Below, piece after piece: positions 46,515-48,382 of a DNA stretch of 48,382 bases (positions are counted from its first letter, which is position 1; each line of letters begins with the position of its first letter). The stretch covers positions 1-48,382 of the IMG/VR virus record IMGVR_UViG_3300027612_000008; one strand, written 5' to 3'. Origin of the DNA: a virus. Its lineage: Duplodnaviria > Caudoviricetes. The notes beneath the pieces are model-generated. The model made no database searches. It had not been told where the DNA came from and saw only the letters and a program-made list of their open reading frames with translations. A program made the translations under genes and the position numbers.

Positions 46515-47223
46515 TTCCCGCGTCGAATGGTTTGTTTTTGTCAACTTGTGCATTTGGTGTGTTTTTGCTTCGACGTACCCAATTCCGCGCGGTTGATTTC
46601 CAACAAACGATTTTGCCCGTTCGCCGTTTCCAACCGACCGATTCCCAATAATCAAAAAACGCGTCCGCGTCATTGGAATTCAATTCAGCGAAATATGCCC
46701 GGCATGCTTCAATTGATTCCGGTTTTTGCCCGGATGCGCCGGTTGATTTTGCCATGGATTTTTTGGGAACCAATTTTTTTTCGTCCGGATTTGAATTTTG
46801 TTCTGTTTTTTTTCTTAAACTATTTTCTATGTGCGCGGTTTTCCGCTCAACTGGTGCGCGGTTTTCCGCTTGTCTTGTGCGCGGTTTTCCGCTTGTCTGA
46901 TGCGCGGCGGATTGCACATGTGCGGAATTCCGCGCATGTTCGGGAACCTCAAATTTGCCCGTGGTCCGCAACATGCGGCGGTGACCATTGTATGAAACAA
47001 CCTCAATCAATTCAAGGTCAATCAATTTTTGAATCATGGATGATGTTTGCCGGCGTTTGCGGTGGATGCGTTCGGCGATTTGGTCAACGGATAACCAGCA
47101 CGTCCCGCCATTGTGCGAAAACGCGTGGATGATGCCCCAAATAGCGCGGTGCGGCCAATCAATTTCCCGGATGCGTTGGATTGATTCCGGGATTATGATG
47201 AATGTTTTGGTGAAATCATCCAT
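46489..47223 (-). CDS. Phage replication initiator
   Basis: Homolog of 22820-23557. Confidence 0.8.
   Translation of the reverse strand: MDDFTKTFIIIPESIQRIREIDWPHRAIWGIIHAFSHNGGTCWLSVDQIAERIHRKRRQTSSMIQKLIDLELIEVVSYNGHRRMLRTTGKFEVPEHARNSAHVQSAAHQTSGKPRTRQAENRAPVERKTAHIENSLRKKTEQNSNPDEKKLVPKKSMAKSTGASGQKPESIEACRAYFAELNSNDADAFFDYWESVGWKRRTGKIVCWKSTARNWVRRSKNTPNAQVDKNKPFDAGNAFQWATK
46772..46938. promoter_or_regulatory. Putative replication origin (iterons plus AT-rich tract)
   Basis: Three exact GTGCGCGGTTTTCCGCT units at 23-bp period plus two variants. Confidence 0.75.
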
Positions 47224-47226
47224 GAA

Positions 47227-47460
47227 TCAATTTTGGTTCATGGTTTCAATTTGGTCCATGATTGCCGCCGCCAAATCCGCAATGAATCGTTTGCGTTCCT
47301 TGTTCGATTTCCCTTCGGACATCGCGAACGCATGGCGCATCATTTGCGCCGGTTCGCGTTTCATCCATCGCGAAATTGTGTGTTCGGCCACGCCTAATGA
47401 TTCGGCCAACGATTTTTGCGAACCATAGTGTTTGACCACAAATTTGTTCAATGGTTTCAT
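47227..47460 (-). CDS. Cro-like HTH regulator (copy 3)
   Basis: One residue differs from 161-394. Confidence 0.75.
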   Translation of the reverse strand: MKPLNKFVVKHYGSQKSLAESLGVAEHTISRWMKREPAQMMRHAFAMSEGKSNKERKRFIADLAAAIMDQIETMNQN

Positions 47461-47750
47461 GACGTTTGAATGATGAATTCGTTTCTGATGATGTCGCAAC
47501 GCAACGATGATTTTGCCCGTTCGTTTTGATGGTATTGATTCAATTTTGTTCGAAATTCCATTTCCAATTTGGCAACCTCATCGGCCGCCAATCCTGAAAC
47601 GGACGTGTTCAAATCAACCGCGTTTTGGGCATGACCAGCGCGCCGGGCCAATTCCATCAATTCGCGTTTCAATCGCATTTGTTCCAAAATCAATTCGCCT
47701 AATTGGCGTTTGGTTGACAAATTGATTTGTCGCCAATCAATTTTCATCAT
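47457..47750 (-). CDS. Hypothetical coiled-coil protein (copy 3)
   Basis: Third distinct allele of 391-684. Confidence 0.75.
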   Translation of the reverse strand: MMKIDWRQINLSTKRQLGELILEQMRLKRELMELARRAGHAQNAVDLNTSVSGLAADEVAKLEMEFRTKLNQYHQNERAKSSLRCDIIRNEFIIQTS

Positions 47751-48223
47751 GGCGCAACGATTTCAACGGATGGCGGAAAACCATTTTCGCCCGATTTGAC
47801 GGCGTGAAACGTCATGTTGTGTGTGCTGGCATATTTCCACCGCACAACCTCAATCAAACCCCACAAAAAACGCCGTTCAACCATTTCAATTGGAACGCGT
47901 TTCGGCAACGCTGGTTTTCCGGTTTGCCCGTTCACATTGTCCGAATCTTTGCGTGGTGGCAAATCGTCCTTTGTTCCAACGGCAATCATTTCACCATTTT
48001 CACCGGGCAAAACCGGGCCGGTTTCCAATGCCAAATCATCGTTGGCATCCGGATATTTTGAACGCAATGCCAATTGTGCAACGCGCCATTGAATCGTGCC
48101 GGGTGTGCGTTGCAAAAATTCGGCAATGTCATTGTAAGAAACGCCATGCGCCCACATCATGGTCAATTTTGCGTCATCGGATGCGGTCCAACGTTTGTTG
48201 TGGTTGGCTGGTGTGGTTTTCAT
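47747..48223 (-). CDS. Myb/GcrA-like HTH protein (copy 3)
   Basis: Homolog of 681-1148 with a different recognition-helix region. Confidence 0.65.
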   Translation of the reverse strand: MKTTPANHNKRWTASDDAKLTMMWAHGVSYNDIAEFLQRTPGTIQWRVAQLALRSKYPDANDDLALETGPVLPGENGEMIAVGTKDDLPPRKDSDNVNGQTGKPALPKRVPIEMVERRFLWGLIEVVRWKYASTHNMTFHAVKSGENGFPPSVEIVAP

Positions 48224-48382
48224 TGAAACGTGTTTTTGTGGTGAATGGCTAATTGTTCGGCCATGTCCATGAATTGTTTTGCGGATTCGCGGATTGCGTC
48301 CGGATGGATTTTTCCGGAACCAGCCATGGCGGCATTGGCAATGGCGGCATCAATGGCCCAACGTGCCATCACGGATGAATTC
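48220..48382 (-). CDS. Conserved early protein, 3' end (runs off window)
   Basis: Matches 1145-1307. Confidence 0.7.
   Translation of the reverse strand, partial: NSSVMARWAIDAAIANAAMAGSGKIHPDAIRESAKQFMDMAEQLAIHHKNTFQ

Larger units (their letters stand above)
45226..48382 (-). mobile_element. Phage genome copy 3 (partial; HNH, replication and early genes)
   Basis: 47067-48382 aligns with 1-1307 but has substitutions, an indel and a divergent 97-aa gene. Confidence 0.85.

Noticed and set aside
45-48252. Numerous long plus-strand and alternate-frame ORFs (e.g. 9866-10786, 33467-34525, 44021-45031)
   Set aside because: Shadow ORFs: they overlap clear minus-strand genes, have no recognisable motifs, and are expected because TA/AG depletion removes TAA and TAG stops.
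47067-48382. Apparent terminal direct repeat of 1-1307 implying a circular 47-kb genome
   Set aside because: The match is not exact: many substitutions, a 9-nt indel and clearly different proteins, so it is a third genome copy.
1-48382. Stop-codon reassignment (TAG) as the cause of the odd composition
   Set aside because: All core genes are full-length in the standard code, and I saw no in-frame TAG interruptions or suppressor tRNA.
1-48382. Classical integron, PICI satellite or integrated prophage
   Set aside because: No tyrosine or serine recombinase motifs, att sites or host genes were recognised, and the unit encodes its own tail.

Overview
The window is entirely phage DNA. It is a head-to-tail array of three related but non-identical copies of a compact (~23.5 kb) HK97-type siphophage genome, with every real gene on the minus strand. 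The repeat registers are 1, 23401 and 47067, and a putative cos site recurs at 21556 and 45220 (23,664 bp apart). Each unit runs: Cro-like HTH, replication initiator with internal iterons, putative loader, HNH, cos, TerS, TerL, portal, protease-capsid fusion, head-tail proteins, tail tube, frameshifted chaperone, tape measure, 1446-aa tail tip/fibre, amidase lysis module, early genes. I found no integrase, polymerase, tRNA or CRISPR. TAnnTTTG-like promoter boxes, A at -3 of start codons and no Shine-Dalgarno sites point to a Bacteroidota host (inference). Three things stand out. (1) Each genome has three standardised cassette slots with the same ~60-bp promoter, CA-rich leader ending CATCACC-ATG and GC hairpin junction; small genes and ~30-aa micro-ORFs appear shuffled among them. 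(2) The genomes form a heterologous concatemer, which could be biological or a cos-ligation/assembly artefact. (3) CT, TA and AG dinucleotides are extremely depleted. Product names come from motif recognition and synteny, not database searches.
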